Positions 24,317 through 37,785 of a stretch of 64,000 nt of DNA are shown here, piece after piece. Every line of letters starts with the position of its first letter. Position 1 is the first letter of the stretch. This DNA is from Octopus sinensis (Eukaryota). The notes beneath the pieces were generated by a model, which saw only the letters and a program-made list of their open reading frames with translations, had not been told where the DNA came from and did not search any database. The translations under genes and the position numbers were made by a program. Where the stretch lies: contig NC_043001.1 in the NCBI RefSeq assembly GCF_006345805.1, positions 132,618,001-132,682,000 on the forward strand, read 5' to 3'.

Positions 24317-26244
24317 ACCATCGTCATCATAGTAGTTTTAGTAACAAATTCAGTAGGTGATATGAACAGCATAATGCAGTGTTTCTCATGTGATATGAAC
24401 CTTGAGGATTAAAAAGTAGGTAGACAAATTGCTGCATCTAATAAAACTGAGATGGTTTTAATCTTTAAAAACTCAACAATAAAAGGATAATTATATGGAT
24501 GCAAACTGTGTTCTATAGTCTCATTAATAAAGAAAAATGGGTGGTAAGGATTTCCCACTAATTTAGTGTTTTTGATGAGTGTGAGTAGTCTTACTCCACA
24601 TAGAATTAAATTCTATATTTCTTGGCTAAAATATATATAACTGAAAAACTATATTTTTATTATTAACAATATCTTTACACTATTATGATATCTGCAATCA
24701 TTACTAAAAGGTTGTAGAATAAAACTCTGTCTAAATGTTGAAATGTATTCACAGAAAATAGTATTTTACATGAAGTCAGTCTCAATGTTAGCTAAGTTAA
24801 CAAGGAGAATCATGTGCTTTGCTTGAAGGCAAGATTCACAATTTGAACTCATGACTTTTAACAATAACACATACAGAAAAAATTGTTATTAATTAGACAC
24901 AAGGCAATTATTTTCAACTTATTTTCAAAATTTATTTTCAATTGAATAGAATATATTTTTTTACAGAACACTTATAAGTCAACTATAGCAAAATATGAAT
25001 TTTGAGTTTATAAGAAAGGACCAAATACTAAATAACAGTCCTCTAACGGCTTAATAATAATGAAAAAAGTTTTAAACACAGTGAAATGTGAAGTAGCTGC
25101 AGGTGAGAGATCTTTCTGAAGAATGAAATAACATCTTTGGAAATACTCTGAAGTATTAGTAAGATAGAAATCTAATATTAAGTGTTTTTTAAAGGAGTGG
25201 GTGACAAACCAGAGAAAAAAATGATTATCATAATCAGTATGATTGCATCAGTAATAGGGTCATTTCTTTTCTACAGAGCTCTTTAGAAACAAAAGCTGAA
25301 TTTATTTAATCAATAACAGTAAAAATTAGTAACTATTATTCTTAAATGCCCTAAACGAAAAATCTTTACAAAACTTTCAACAGTTTAATTTGAATTAAAG
25401 AATGCAATGAAAAGTAACCATTTGAAAGAGAATAATTAAGCTCATTCCAAGATGAACTACAAACACAAAATATTATAATCCTTGAAGACATTTAATTAGC
25501 ATAAAGAGCTAAGAATTAATTCTATTGGTGCTAAAGCCATTGATCAGTCGACATTCCTAGCAATCAGGAAGAATTCAATAAATGCATAAATGTTGGTTTA
25601 GAAGTTGAAAGCATCGGCTAAATCAGCCAAAGCAGTCATCCATTGAAACCAAAATGGCCTTCGATGACTGGTCTGAAATGTCCAGCAAAACTGGTGAACA
25701 TTCCCAGCCTTTCATGCAATATTTCCATAATTGCAGCTTTAATAAGATGATCAATACTTTAATCTTTTTATATCACCAAACAATGCAGATCTAATGAATT
25801 TCATGAGATTATTTTGTTTTAGTTTTGTTTTTTTCAAAAACACCCATACACATACACATTATGCATACACACACACACACAACACACACACACACATGAA
25901 CAATGTACATGTATACAAAGACAGATACAGATTGTTTTAAAATTAACGCACAATTTCATCAATGACCTAATAGAGCACTTCAAATATTTTTAACCCTTTG
26001 TTACCAAATACAAATTTATTAAGTTGACATAAAATAAAACTTTCAGCTTTATTTTCAGTTAAAAATGAAAACCATGCACACATAAATATAGGTACAGGTA
26101 TGGCTATGAGCTTAAGAACCATATGGTTTTAGGACCAACACCAGCACCTTAAACAAGTGTCTCCTTTCTGATATGGCCCTGAATAGATCAATGCCTTGTA
26201 TGTGAATTTAGCAGGGAAATTTCAGGAAAGCTCTGTGTGTGTGT

Positions 26245-26282
<38 letters not shown>

Positions 26283-26723
26283 ACAAGTGTGTGCAAGTAT
26301 GTGCATATGCATGAATGAGGACATCCTATGGTTTTGCTTAAGTGAAACAAAGTTTGTTTACATTCATCATTGACATTATGAGTTGTGTCTCTGTATTTCT
26401 GGGTCACCAATGTAACAAGAAATCCCTTCCTTGAAAAACTCATAAGGGTGAGCAACTGAAAAAGCTTCAAGGCACAAAATCCTGTCTCAAAAATGTAAAC
26501 ATGCAAACCATACAAGCAAAGAAAAATTAACATTAAATGAATAAATGACAATATATAATTAAAGCACTAACAATCTATTTTTTCCATCCCATCTTAGTTG
26601 CAGAAATTTGTATTTAGTTACACAGGCCTTAGTCATTACATGAATTATAATGCTTTAAAAACCTATCTTACCATTCCCAAAGTAAAAATAACTCATTTGA
26701 AATAGATTGCAATATATGGTAAC

Positions 26724-26921
26724 TTAACCCTTTAGCATTCAGGTTCCTCTGTCAAATGTAGTACTTATTTATTCACAATGTCTTGAGTTAATCACGTATT
26801 ATCTATTGGTTTCAAGATTCCAATGTAGAGTAGGTGTGAGATATTGGATCTAGCCAGTTTCAACATAAAAGAGGCAGAATATTTTGGCTGAATATGGTCA
26901 GTGTTAATGCTAAAGGGTTAA
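26724..26921. mobile_element. TTAA piggyBac-like MITE
   Basis: TIRs ttaaccctttagcatt ... aatgctaaagggttaa. Confidence 0.85.
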
Positions 26922-27256
26922 GTATTTCTTATGAATTTAGGAGCTTTCAAGAATCTGTGTTTGACTCCAGAATCATAATGTTAGATGAGTGGAAGATTGG
27001 CCTTCTTTTGATTGTGAGGTTAGTCTATTGCTAGTAACATTCTCAGCTGGTCTGATACCAAATCCACAATGTTTAAACGAATTGATATATCACAGAACAA
27101 AATGATGATCTACCCAGAAACTATGAAAGATATGACTTATGAGCAGATAGTCTCACACCATACCCACTCAGCTATTATAGTACATTCACAAAGGTTACCT
27201 CAGAAATTATTGTAAAAGTTATAATGCAATCAGTGAGATGAAGTAATATGACTTAC

Positions 27257-27622
27257 CTTTGGACATCTGATTCTGACCCATCAGCAACGCCTTCAGTTTT
27301 GTAATCTCCTCTTGATATTCTCTAAGAAGGACATCTTTTGGATCTTCATTTATCTTTGGTTTATTTTTAATATTTTTAGCTCTGTTGGCATATCGCAAAG
27401 TGCTAAGTGTTTCGTCATAATTGTTGTCAGCAGGTGACAAACACGCTACCATCAGGGTTTTTGTATTACCTCCCAAGGAGTCTTGCAACAGTCTTGTTAA
27501 TCTTGAGTCTCGATAAGGTATGTGTTTTACTTTAGAATTCACTAAGGCTGATATTACATTTCCTAAAGCTGACAAAGACAGGTTGATTTTTGAAGCTTCT
27601 TTCAAGCGATCACCACTGGCTC
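27257..27622 (-). CDS. KIF17: Kinesin-2 KIF17/OSM-3 exon (motor C-terminus and neck), 366 bp, phase 1 to 1
   Basis: [28 protein letters not shown]...[64 protein letters not shown]; acceptor caacag, donor aaag|gtaagt. Confidence 0.93.
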
Positions 27623-27919
27623 CTGTTGACGACATTTAAAAGAAAATCACTTTAATAGTTGTATACTACTTTCAATAAACATGTTGAACAGCTAAAGGAT
27701 TTGTAAAAATTGATAAAAATATGTTTTCTTACCAAAGAAATGAGAACTAAGAAAAACAAGCAACTCTTACTGAAATCAAAATTGCTAAAATGATCAAGAT
27801 ATTAATGGTTAATTGTACAACAAAAGTAATTTCAGTAATTAGATATAGGATGGAATATGGAGTGGGAGTGCAATGTATGTGCACATAGATGAATATAGAT
27901 ATTACATATATTATATCAC

Positions 27920-28222
27920 ATGATCACGTGACCAACCAGACCATCAGATGTTGTTACACATCGCTGGTCACAATGCGTTCACATTGTTTTTTAGCCTTCG
28001 AATGACGCCACCCCGCTGGCTAAGCGAGCAGGCCAACAGAAGAAAGAGTGAGAGAAAGTGTGGTGAAAGAGTACAGCTGGGATCACCACCCCCTGCCGGA
28101 GCCTCGTGGAGCTTTTTAGGTGTTTTCGCTCAATAAACACTCACAATGCCTGGTTTAGGAATCGAAACCGCAATCCTACGACCGCGAGTCCGCTGCCCTA
28201 ACCACTGGGCTATTGCGCCTCC
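27920..28222 (-). mobile_element. tRNA-derived SINE family D head with an alternative 3' module
   Basis: Shares aagagtgagagaaag...gcgcctcca with 10751-11141 but has a different tail (gatcacgtgaccaaccagacc...). Confidence 0.85.
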
Positions 28223-28267
28223 ACATATATTATATAAAATACTAAAATATAAATTCTGTTGTCTGTA

Positions 28268-28755
28268 CAAGGATGGGCTGAAAAATTATAACTGCATTGT
28301 TTCTTTCAAGGTACACTAACATCTGACTGTTCAAAGAAGACTTCAAAACTAACTAGTAGCAAATTCTCTTGAAATGAACAAAATTTGGCATCAAGTACCT
28401 GCAGAAAAAGGGTTTAGCCCCCAAGGATATTCAATCTGACATTGTTGCTATATTTGGGATACAAAAGGTATTGTATTTATTGACTATCTTCAAAAGGGCC
28501 ACACCATCAATGGAGAGTACTATGTCAACTTGCCAAGGCAGTTACAAAAGTCTTTCAAGACCAAACGCACAGGAAACCTGGCAAAAGAGGTTTTGTTTCA
28601 TCTGGACAATGCCCTGGCACCCAAGTCCTTAGTTTCAATGGCTGCTGTGCATGACTATAGCCTTGAACTGATTAATCCCTTTCCCTATTCTCTTGATATG
28701 GCTTCATCTGTCAAGCATCTATTCCCCAACATGAAAAAACACTTGGCTCAGGGAA
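28268..28755 (+). mobile_element. Internally deleted mariner (DD34D-type) remnant
   Basis: TA plus TIR-like caaggatgggctgaaaaa; KYLQKKGLAPKDI, WDTKGIVFIDYLQKGHTINGEYY, LFHLDNA, and a PYSLDMA motif. Confidence 0.8.
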
Positions 28756-30159
28756 GCTGACAAAAGTCAACCACTCGGAAAGTTTAAGTTGTGGTGTTTC
28801 CAGTTTGGTATCATACCCAAATTGCAGTACTTATTCTTGCTTAAGACTTTGCCATAATTTAGATGGAGGTAATACAGAAATTGTGCAGTAAATTCATGTG
28901 AGATAGCTGGGCAGTCACCCAACTTTCAGCTTAACCTGTGTAGCAAGACTTCTAAGCTCCGTTTGCCAATTTCATCTGGAGTAGAAGAATTGAAAGTCAA
29001 TAAAAGAAGAGGAGTCGGTAGACTGTTGTTATCTGAGAATGAGAGAGTCAGTCATGCCAACAAGTCTATAAAAAAGTGGAAGCCCTAGGAAACTGTGAAA
29101 AAAGTGGAAATGTAGTCAAAGCATCAAGTTACTGTTGGGGTAGTCCATCAAAGATTGCTAGGACTTGATAACTACAGTACTCAGAGATGGTGACAAACTA
29201 ATATGAGGGGTAAAAGAGAGCTCATAGTGAAGAGGAAAATTGTCCTGTAAAAGTGGTAGGACTTGGCTACCAAGGACAGCGAACACAGGGTAATCAGACA
29301 CTTGAGCAACCACTGTCCTGGAGTGAACTCTGAAGAAGTGATTACAGAAGAATGCCCTTCATACTGTGTGCTAATGTCTATCTATCTATCTCATCGTTGT
29401 CTTCGCCGTCATCGGCAGCGGCAGCAGTGTCATTTAACGTCCATCTTCCATGCATGCATGGGTAGGATGGGTGACAGGAGCCAACCAGGTAGAAGACTAC
29501 TCCATGCATGTTTCATTAAATCCATGACAATGTTCAAGTTTTATCTTCTTTATTTTAGGTTTTTAATATTTTCTTATTAGCTTTTTGAAGTTGCTCTGGG
29601 ATACAAGAGTTTCTATGACCATATCTGACATTTCTAGACCTTCATAGTCTCATCTTGAAGAATTGAATTAAATATATTTAACATTCACATTATTTCTTCA
29701 ATACTGATTGAATTCATATAGACATTTTTTGCCAACCTTTATTGACCATTAGCATCATGCATCATCAGTTGATTGTTGATTTGTTTGTTGTGGTCAAATT
29801 TTGGCCATTAGGCTTCCATTTTTTTATGTCAGTAGCCCCATGTTAGTTTATGCATTTATTTGCATGTAATTTTGGTATTACGTTGTAATACAAGTATGGT
29901 TTCCATAATTTTATTTCTTAGATTATTTTCTTCTGGTATTTTCCTATGTGATTTCATTTGGTGGTGAGTGGTGTGATGTTGTGCAAGCACATAATAAGCC
30001 TATGAGAGGGTATTAAACTGGTCTGTACAATGTAACAGCTAGTGTTTTGAAGTTTGCAACTTTTCAGTTTTACGATCAAATTTATAGATCATGTTGGTTA
30101 TCCAAAGTTTGTGCTGTGTTCTTCATGAGAAGGTTTTTTGGTCTTAGTGTTATTGATAG

Positions 30160-30203
<44 letters not shown>

Positions 30204-30204
30204 T

Positions 30205-30249
<45 letters not shown>

Positions 30250-30250
30250 G

Positions 30251-30302
<52 letters not shown>

Positions 30303-30494
30303 AAGATAGATAGACATATGTATATATAAGATTAATCAAAAGCATTCACACACACACTAGGAAAAGAGCTTCTTCCAAAAAGGCGAGTGACATTCTGTTA
30401 AAAGATTTTATAACATTTTTTTTAAATATTTTTTTAAAATCCCCTTTATACTTCAAAACTGTATTAAGTAATTTTTACAAAGACTTTCAAATAT

Positions 30495-30720
30495 ATATAT
30501 ATATATATAAAATGTGACCTCGTGTGTACCGCTGGCGATATTTTTTCCTCTGTCTTCCCTTCTCTGGATCTTTCCCTCTCCCATGTTTCCGACAAAGAGC
30601 TCCGCTCGAAACATTAAACCCTCCTTCTTCCCTTCTTTCCTGAGCGTCCAATAATACTATATTTGTTCCACGTCCTCGCGTTGTGTTTTTTCTTTGTGTT
30701 TTCTTGTTTGGATTAACTAT
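30495..30720. mobile_element. Probable Penelope-like terminal fragment in (TA)n
   Basis: CpG-rich ccgacaaagagctccgctcgaaacattaaac block flanked by (TA)n; classified from recall of similar ends. Confidence 0.45.
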
Positions 30721-30756
30721 ATATATATATATATATATATCATATTTAAGCGTGTG

Positions 30757-30796
<40 letters not shown>

Positions 30797-31189
30797 TGTA
30801 AACATGTGTCACAGGAAAATGAAGAGGTTACTTGTTTTAAAAAGAGGAATTCCCTTATTTAACAAAGGGAACTGATACAATGACAATGTTGAGAGCCATC
30901 CTCTCTTATTCCTCCTCAGGAAAGTCCCAACACTAATCTGTCATGTTTTAGTGCATCTAAGCTGGGGAGACAAAATGTTTAGCAGCATTTTGTCCAGCTT
31001 TTTACATTCAAATACTGCCAAGTTCAAATACTACTAAGGTTGACTTTGCTTTTCATCCTTTGTGGTGAGGGGCGGGGGTCAAGAAAATTAAGTACTAGAT
31101 GAACCCTGGGTCAATGTAATCAATTTACCTCCTTCCCCATAAAAATTACTGGCATTGCACCAAAATTTGAAACCAGTGTTATTATGGAC

Positions 31190-32020
31190 AGATTTTTCTT
31201 TGGTAGTTGCGAGTTTCTGTTGCACCACCTGGTGCACATCTGTGTTCCTTAGGTGTGTATGGCATTGTGTTCTTATTTTTGTGACAATTGAGGGAGTATA
31301 GACTCCTCTTGTTGGCGTTTAGCTTCTTGATTTTTATTATATTTTTATTATATTTTATTATTATAGGCGCAGGAGTGGCTATGTGGTAAGTAGCTTACCA
31401 ACCACATGGTTCCAGGTTCAGCCCCACTGTGTGGCACCTTGGGCAAGTGTCTTCTACTATAACCTTGGGCTGACCAAAACCTTGTGAGTGGATTTGGTAG
31501 ACGGAAACTGAAAGAAGCCCGTTGTATATATGTATATATATATATTTATATATGTATGTGTGTGTGTTTGTGTCTGTGTTTGTCTCCCCAACATCGCTTG
31601 ACAACTGATGCCGGTGTGTTTACGTCCCCGTAACTTAGCAGTTCGGCAAAAGAGGCCGATAGAATATGTACTGGGCTTACAAAGAATAAGTTCTTGGGTC
31701 AATTTGCTCGACTAAAGGCAGTGCTCCAGCATGGCTGCAGTCAAATGACTGAACCAAGTAAAAGAGCAAGAGTATACTAGTCTATGTTATATTGTGCATG
31801 GTGTGTATAAAGTGAGCTGTGTTATTCTATTTGGCCTTAAATCTTGTATAGCACAAGTTGTGTGAGTTATGCTGTTTTAGATTATTAGATGCTTGCTGTA
31901 TAGGGTACCTTGTGTGAGAGGATTGTTCTAATTGAGCTATTTTATTGAATCATGAGGTATTCTATTATTGATACTGAGCTCTTCCTAATATAGCTATTTT
32001 TGGCATGACTTCTATGTTCC
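31190..32020 (-). mobile_element. Degenerate R4/Dong-like 3' end, split by a SINE
   Basis: MPKIAILGRAQ resembles the R4/Dong C-terminal KIALLGTAH motif; SINE A occupies 31364-31772. Confidence 0.4.
31364..31772 (+). mobile_element. SINE family A, full length
   Basis: Colinear with 5975-6383. Confidence 0.88.
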
Positions 32021-32082
32021 TTTTCATATTATTATTTCATATACACATAACAGATTAGCTGTTAGAAAAAATATTATTATTA

Positions 32083-32123
<41 letters not shown>

Positions 32124-32276
32124 GTCATTATTTGTAACTCAGGTTTTGTTAAAATTCTTGGAGTCTTGCATGAATAGCAAGCATGCTACCTGCAGCCTAT
32201 GGTACCATGCTATGTTCTTTCCAACAATCTTAATACTTTCCCAGTTTTTATTACTATTATTATTATTATTATTATT

Positions 32277-32894
32277 GAGTGAGAGAGCAGTGTATGCCAT
32301 CAAAGTGATACTGGGGTAAAATATACGAAACCCAGTATACCCATCATGACTACCCTTCTGATAAGGTTACACCAGGCACATGCATCACAACCATATGTGT
32401 GCAACATGGTGATTTCATATCAAGATAAACAGCACATTACCTTGCAGGTGGGGCCCAGTTAGAATTTTCTTCTGACTGAGTAGACCATCCTGCTAAAAAG
32501 GTCCCTGAATAAGGATTGTTTAAGGATGTTGAACGAACCACCCATGTTTCCAAAGGTGAATTATCCAAACCTCCTTTGGACACACAGCTATGATGCTCCC
32601 CCACTACTCCTACTCATAATCAGAGAGCCACTAAGGGACATGCTCAACTGGTTAAGGTCAAACAACTGACAAGCAAATTTGTGGTATTGAGCAGAATATT
32701 TGCTGTAGCCCATTTTTTATACCAAGACAAAACAATGTACATGATAACACTTCCAATCAGTTAAGATCAGAAGCCATGAGAGCCACTGTCTGGTACTGCA
32801 TCAGGGCATTCAGAAGCCACGAAAGCCACTGTCTAGTACTGCATCAGGGCATTCAGAAGCCATGAGAGCCCCTGTCTAGTACTGCATCAGGGCG

Positions 32895-32897
<3 letters not shown>
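32277..32897 (-). mobile_element. Family E element, full length, between (TTA)n tracts, with a triplicated 43-bp end
   Basis: (tta)n on both flanks; 43-bp unit starting at 32768, 32811 and 32854. Confidence 0.87.
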
Positions 32898-32959
<62 letters not shown>

Positions 32960-34073
32960 AAATTTTTGTTAGCTGCTTTTAGCAGATTTCACAAAACAGG
33001 GGTGTGTTTTGCCAAATAACTATTCAACTTTGCCAAACAAGAAAGTGGTATCTTTATTTTTTTTAGCTATATTTTAATTTTTTTCTATTTTTACAGATAC
33101 ATTGAAGGTACCAAACTACAAGATAGAAAGTGAAATAAGCGATTATTTTCTCTAGAGAAACTACTCTACTGTGTTAATGCTGGGACAAGCAACTCACAAA
33201 CATAGTACTATTTAATATTATTTCAAGAAGACTAATAACAAGAATGTATTTCTCCTAAATTCTTATTTAAATACAGTAGAATTTGAACACATAATCTGTA
33301 GGCCACTAGTCCACTAATTTCAATGCTCTGCCAAGAATATAAAACAAAAACTAGTAGAAGTTAATTTCAGAGAGTAACCTTAGTAACTAATCCAAGAAAG
33401 ACTATGACTTTATATAATTAACACTGGTGACTTTCTTAGATCTTCAGTTGAGAAAATTAAGATAAGCTGCAACTAAAAGTTGAAAGTAGTCTTTTAGTGA
33501 GGTTATTTCATAAAAACAAAGAGAGAGAGAGAGGTAGGGATGTGAGAGGGGAGGTGAAGTAGAGGAAAAGAATTTCCTGCTAGTAATAACAAGGCAAGAA
33601 CCAGGAATCAAAAATCATATAATTAGGTGTTCTTTAATGAAGAATAAAGTGTTGATAAAAGAGGAGAACAGAGAAGAATGGCAAATTCTTATGTTTACCA
33701 ATCAGGAGTGAGAAAAGGGAGGGAAAGAACATTTCAATTGGTGAATTTTCTGGCGTCGTACACATTAAAATAAATGAAATAAATTAATACTAATTTATAG
33801 ATGGAGACATTTCATAGTAATTCTTTCTCTATATTTATTGATCTGCCTATGTGACTCTCTTTCTCTCTTTCTCCTTAATATATATATATATAGTTTGTTT
33901 CGTTTTTATTTTATCAACATTTTGTCAGCTTTTAACTATAATAGTGAAAGTTAGTATAGTAAAAATGCTTGGGTATAGATTAACTTTTGAATTGTTCTAG
34001 TGGTGAATAAAGTTAGCCTTTATTGTAAAACAAACAGTGACAACTTCTACAATTGTCATTACTTTGTAAGAAA

Positions 34074-34297
34074 TTAACCCTTTCATTACCAACCCGGCTG
34101 AAACCGGCCCTGACTCTGGGTACAAATGTCTTGTTTTCATAATTTTTGAATTAAAATCTTCCACCAAACCTTAGTCACAATTTATGTTCCTAACACTAGC
34201 TGAATGATAACAAAGTTATTTTACTAAATTCTTTGTTATATTTAAAGTAATTGAAAGAAACACAGAGCATCTCAAAATAAATACAGTAATGAAAGGG
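34074..34297 (+). mobile_element. TTAA MITE, uninterrupted relative of 16407-16731
   Basis: Same TIR and interior; right TTAA missing. Confidence 0.82.
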
Positions 34298-34539
34298 ATG
34301 ATCTTGATATGTAGTTATAGCTCTGTGTGTGTAGAGGAAAGTATTTACAGATAGGAGAAAGTTGACTTTTTCTATCCAAATTGAGTTTTTATGCCGTTAT
34401 TTATAAATTTATGTGATGTGCCTCAAAAGCCAATGTTTCAAAAAGAATTATTTTATGTTTTCTTGAAAGTTTATAAAATTCTTATAATATCAACAATGTA
34501 GAGAGAGAGAGGGGGAGAGAGAGAGAGAGAGATGCAGCA

Positions 34540-35250
34540 GAATCAGAGTAAGGTTAATGGAGAAAGTAGTGTTTGTATGTGGAGGTGCACAGGTGCTGTA
34601 AAGACTAAGGATACATGGAAAATTGATTCTCTCAAATGCCCCAAAGACTCCCTAGAGTTAGCAGAAAGTATCTGTTACTTAGGGGACCTAATTAGCAGTG
34701 GAGGAGGATATTCTGAAGTGTAGTTGCTAGAATAAGAATAGGGTGGGGAATGTTCAGAGTGCTGTTACTTCTTGCTAGTAACAATAGGTCTCACTTTCTG
34801 AGTGAAAGGCAGATTCTATGATGCTTGTGCACATAAAACAATGCTACTTAGTACTGAGATGTGGACTTTGGATGCAGAGGACATGCAAAGACTAGAGATA
34901 AATGAAGCTAGTATGCTCCATTGAATGTGCAATATCAATGTAAATGTACAACAAAGTGCTAATGTATTGAGAGAGAAGTTAAGCATAAGAGGAATCAGAT
35001 GTAGTGTGCAAGGGAGAAGAGTGTGTTGGTTTGGTCATATGGTGAGTATGGATGAGGACAATTAAATAACGAAGTGCTAATCACTTAAAGTGGATATAAC
35101 TTTTGGAAGAAGAAGACCCAGGAAGACATCTCAAAATGTTGAGCTTTACAGGAGGAGATGACAAAGGAGTGAGATGACTGGTATTTTAGTGTGCTTGAGA
35201 AGATCCATCCATTACAGCAGAAAATGTTATCCTAAAACCACCTGGTTTTG
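34540..35250 (+). mobile_element. RTE-clade LINE 3' fragment
   Basis: YLGDLISSGGG..VVARIRIGW..FR..., RVKGRFYDAC, EMWTL, WFGHM, GRRRPRKT, with stops and frameshifts. Confidence 0.82.
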
Positions 35251-35792
35251 CTCGTACGTGCAGGGCTCTGCTCCTGCTTTCTCCCTATTTGGCACACTCC
35301 CCTCATGCTCATCCACTAACACCTATCACTCCCTCATCTATGATACTACACAAATACTGTAGAATAGAGTAGAATCCACACATATTACACACCCTGCTTA
35401 CTTGTCCCCACAAAACCACTTCCATTCTTCATTATCATCCCTGCCCACACTATTTCTACAAATTACCTCCTTGCTTACCTTCAGCCATTGCTCTCTCCTG
35501 TTTTCTATATTCCATTCTTAACACATCTCTTACCTGCTTTCTTAATAGCCTGTCATATCTATCATCATGCCCCACTTACTATAGCCCCTTATATATCCCT
35601 ACATATCTCTCTTTCTACAGTGCTTCAACACCTTGCACCTCATGCTACTACTTTCTGACCTATTGTCTTTCCTGAGCCACTCTTACATCTCTCACCTTAC
35701 CCCTCCCCATACTGGTATTCCCCTTCAACCAATTCTTTGTTTGCAGGGATGAAATACTGTTGTTTCCATAGCTTCCTCATTTATACATTATA

Positions 35793-36048
35793 CATAGGAT
35801 GGGACGTAAAAAGTACCATCCGATCATGGCCGTTTGCCAGCCTCGTCTAACACCTGTGCAGGTGGCACGTAAAAAGCACCCACTACACTCGTGGAGTGGT
35901 TGGCATTAGGAAGGGCATCCAGCTGTAGAAACACTGCCAGATCAGACTGGGCCTGGCGCAGCCTACTGGCTTCCCAGACCCCAGTTGAACCGTCCAACCC
36001 ATGCTAGCATGGAAAACGGACGTTAAACGATGATGATGATGATGATGA
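35793..36048 (+). mobile_element. SINE-like family C
   Basis: ggttggcattaggaagggcatccagctgtagaaac...acgttaaac(gat)n. Confidence 0.82.
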
Positions 36049-36214
36049 CATAGGTATAAGTATACCATAAGTTATTTAGTTATCTGTATGGCCATGTCCA
36101 CTGGTGTTACTACACTTTAAAAAGTGCAGACATCGAAAGATGCTCAATTGAAGAAGCCATCACCGACTTTATTGGGCAACTATAATTATATATATATTTA
36201 TTTATATACATATA

Positions 36215-36725
36215 CTAGCAGTATCGCCCGGCGTTGCTCGGATTTGTAAGGAAATAACTATATAGCATTTTTAGAGAGTTACTTCCCTTATAGATGCCAA
36301 TTCAGGCTTTCTTAGCCATTTCTGTTTTGGTGTCTTCAAGCCATGAAGTCGTTGTTCTAAAAGAACGCTGGTCTCCTTGACAACGCATTACGACTTTGAT
36401 TTCCTAAACTCCCTTCCCCACAGCTTCATGAGGGAGGGAAGAAGGGGGAGAAGCAAACACAGGTGCAGGTGTTTGAGTGTGGACGCCAACCCCGCTGCCA
36501 TCGACACACGAAAATTATGCATTAAAATGGAATAAAAAATGATGTTAATTATTTTTAAAATCGTAGACTCATCGTAGACACGTGCTAATAGCCAGACGGG
36601 CTCGATATTAATCATGACTATAAGATACCCGAATTTGGTTAAACTGCACCGCAAAATGTGGGAGGAGTTAGGAATCTAAATCGTAGGAGACAGACACTCA
36701 CACAACTACAGTTTTATATACATAT
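36215..36725 (-). mobile_element. Non-autonomous Helitron
   Basis: On the minus strand a 3' hairpin ccgagcaacgccggg is followed by cgatactgCTAG; colinear with 43480-43996. Confidence 0.87.
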
Positions 36726-37509
36726 ATATGCATGTGTGTGTTTGGGGGGAAGCTTTTGGTAACTTGAACTCATCCTAATATATTACAGCTATTTCTTTTA
36801 TATCAACATGTATTAATGAAAAACAAAGGCTTTCTCAATATTTGTGTTCAAAATGTCATAAATGTTTTAAGGAATTTAATTCAACACCCAACTGTCTTTT
36901 GAATATTGTTCTACATGTATTTAAACTGATATTAAGACATTCTCATAAAAAAACTGCATTACCATTGATGTGAATTTGTCTCAGATTTCTTGTTCATCAA
37001 GTAAATATTTCTAATCATTACAAAATAAAGATGTCATTAAATTTACCTTCATATTAAGCTTACACATATATACTGTAATTATCAATACACCTAAGATGAT
37101 ACAAACCGAATCCTTTAATCAGCAATTCTACATTCTATCAAGCTGGTCAGTTCAACATTCTATCAATTGGTCAGAGGTGGCAGCCCTCAAGACAAGTGTA
37201 CTTTGTCCTGAGGGATGCACTCCAAGCAACAACTTAGAAAATTTCATAATCATAATATAATAACGGAATGAAACAAAATACATAATGGAGCATTTTGAAT
37301 AAGCAGCAGAGTGGGGTATCTTCGATATCTTGGAATTTAAAAACTGCCTTTGTTTCCATACAACATTCCTTTCTTTTATGTGTCATCCACACTGTTAGTT
37401 TACTATTAGATTAACAGTATGAGGAAAACATCAAGGAGAGGAATTTCAAGTTAATTGAGTTTGATTAGCTATGTTTTAACCTAAAACAAAGAAAAGACAG
37501 TAAAAGATA

Positions 37510-37525
37510 TATGTGTGTGTGCACA

Positions 37526-37560
<35 letters not shown>

Positions 37561-37564
37561 GGAT

Positions 37565-37598
<34 letters not shown>

Positions 37599-37611
37599 GG
37601 ATGTATGTGTG

Positions 37612-37650
<39 letters not shown>

Positions 37651-37731
37651 GTGTGCATGTCTTTATATATATGTGCATGTGTGTGTATATATGTGTGTGG
37701 ATGTATATATGTGTAGGTGTGTATGTATGTA

Positions 37732-37782
<51 letters not shown>
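37510..37782. repeat. (TA)/(TG) compound microsatellite
   Basis: Directly visible. Confidence 0.95.

Positions 37783-37785
<3 letters not shown>

Noticed and set aside
24140-24412. Poly-Val and poly-Thr ORFs
   Set aside because: A trinucleotide microsatellite with no splice or homology support.
28760-29990. Degenerate LINE-like stretches
   Set aside because: Too decayed for me to read a diagnostic motif; left unclassified.
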